DNA of 64,000 nt, from contig NW_024704743.1 of assembly GCF_018977255.1 (NCBI RefSeq), positions 105,216,001 through 105,280,000 of the forward strand, in the 5' to 3' direction. Source of the DNA: Callorhinchus milii (lineage: Eukaryota). Positions 63,660-64,000 of this stretch are shown piece by piece. Both the position numbers and the translations under genes were made by a program. Under the pieces are notes generated by a model that was given only the letters and a program-made list of their open reading frames with translations, was not told where the DNA came from and searched no databases. Position 1 is the stretch's first letter. Every line of letters starts with the position of its first letter.

Positions 63660-64000
63660 TGCTCTTTTTCAGAGAGGCACTGTGAGGAGGTGCTTAATAC
63701 AAGGGAGATAAATGAGGTTGGGATCTGGACATTCAAATGGGAGGTGCGGCTGAAGATACACCGAAGCAATAAGGGGAATGTTGCTCACATCCCCTCCTGA
63801 TTTAACATTGGGAGCTTCAGGGGCACCCAGTATTATCCTGGACAGCCCCTAGCGTGCCTGAGGTGCGGACAGGTGGGGCACTACGTTGCAACCTGCACAC
63901 AGACTGTGTGTTGAAACTGAAAAAGTTTCGGCCATTTGACAAAAGACTGCCCTATGGGAAAAAGGAGTGACTTGTGCGGGAAAATGGGACACCTATACTG
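63660..64000 (+). mobile_element. Degenerate gag-like ORF1 with three CCHC zinc knuckles (Tx1/L1-type, ZCCHC3-like); runs off the window
   Basis: One frame reads GIWTFKWEVRLKI...HIPS*FNIGSFRGTQYYPGQPLACLRCGQVGHYVATC..C*N*KSFGHLTKDC..SDLCGKMGHLY, with three in-frame stops. Confidence 0.8.

Noticed and set aside
63210..63769. Hydrophobic minus-strand ORFs of 123 and 181 aa that look like membrane proteins
   Set aside because: An artefact of a purine-rich plus strand; no splice structure or recognisable family.

Overview
Repeat-rich vertebrate genomic DNA. The SINE, CR1 and L2 families point to a cartilaginous fish, probably a chimaera such as Callorhinchus (inference). One host gene is recognisable, and the ORF track does not show it as a unit: a minus-strand ALK/LTK-ligand (ALKAL/FAM150/augmentor) gene. 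Its coding exons are 22675-22417 (signal peptide), 14214-14161 and 14054-13974, all joined in phase 1 by GT-AG sites. A probable TATA promoter and non-coding first exon lie near 23.5-23.6 kb. The last coding exon was not found and probably lies left of the window. The ligand domain differs clearly from both ALKAL1 and ALKAL2, so it may be a third paralogue. The rest of the window is intron or gene desert filled with tRNA-derived Deu-type SINEs, L2 and CR1 LINEs, a hAT MITE, a degenerate HSP70 fragment and a Tx1/ZCCHC3-like zinc-knuckle ORF1 remnant. Notable oddities are a CR1 ORF1 with all four SGNH catalytic residues replaced, a doubly deleted CR1, a 139-bp inverted local duplication, SINE tails matching the young L2, and a ~270-bp foldback element. 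I found no evidence of a wholly new biological system. All homology calls are by eye from recalled sequences, and repeat boundaries are approximate.
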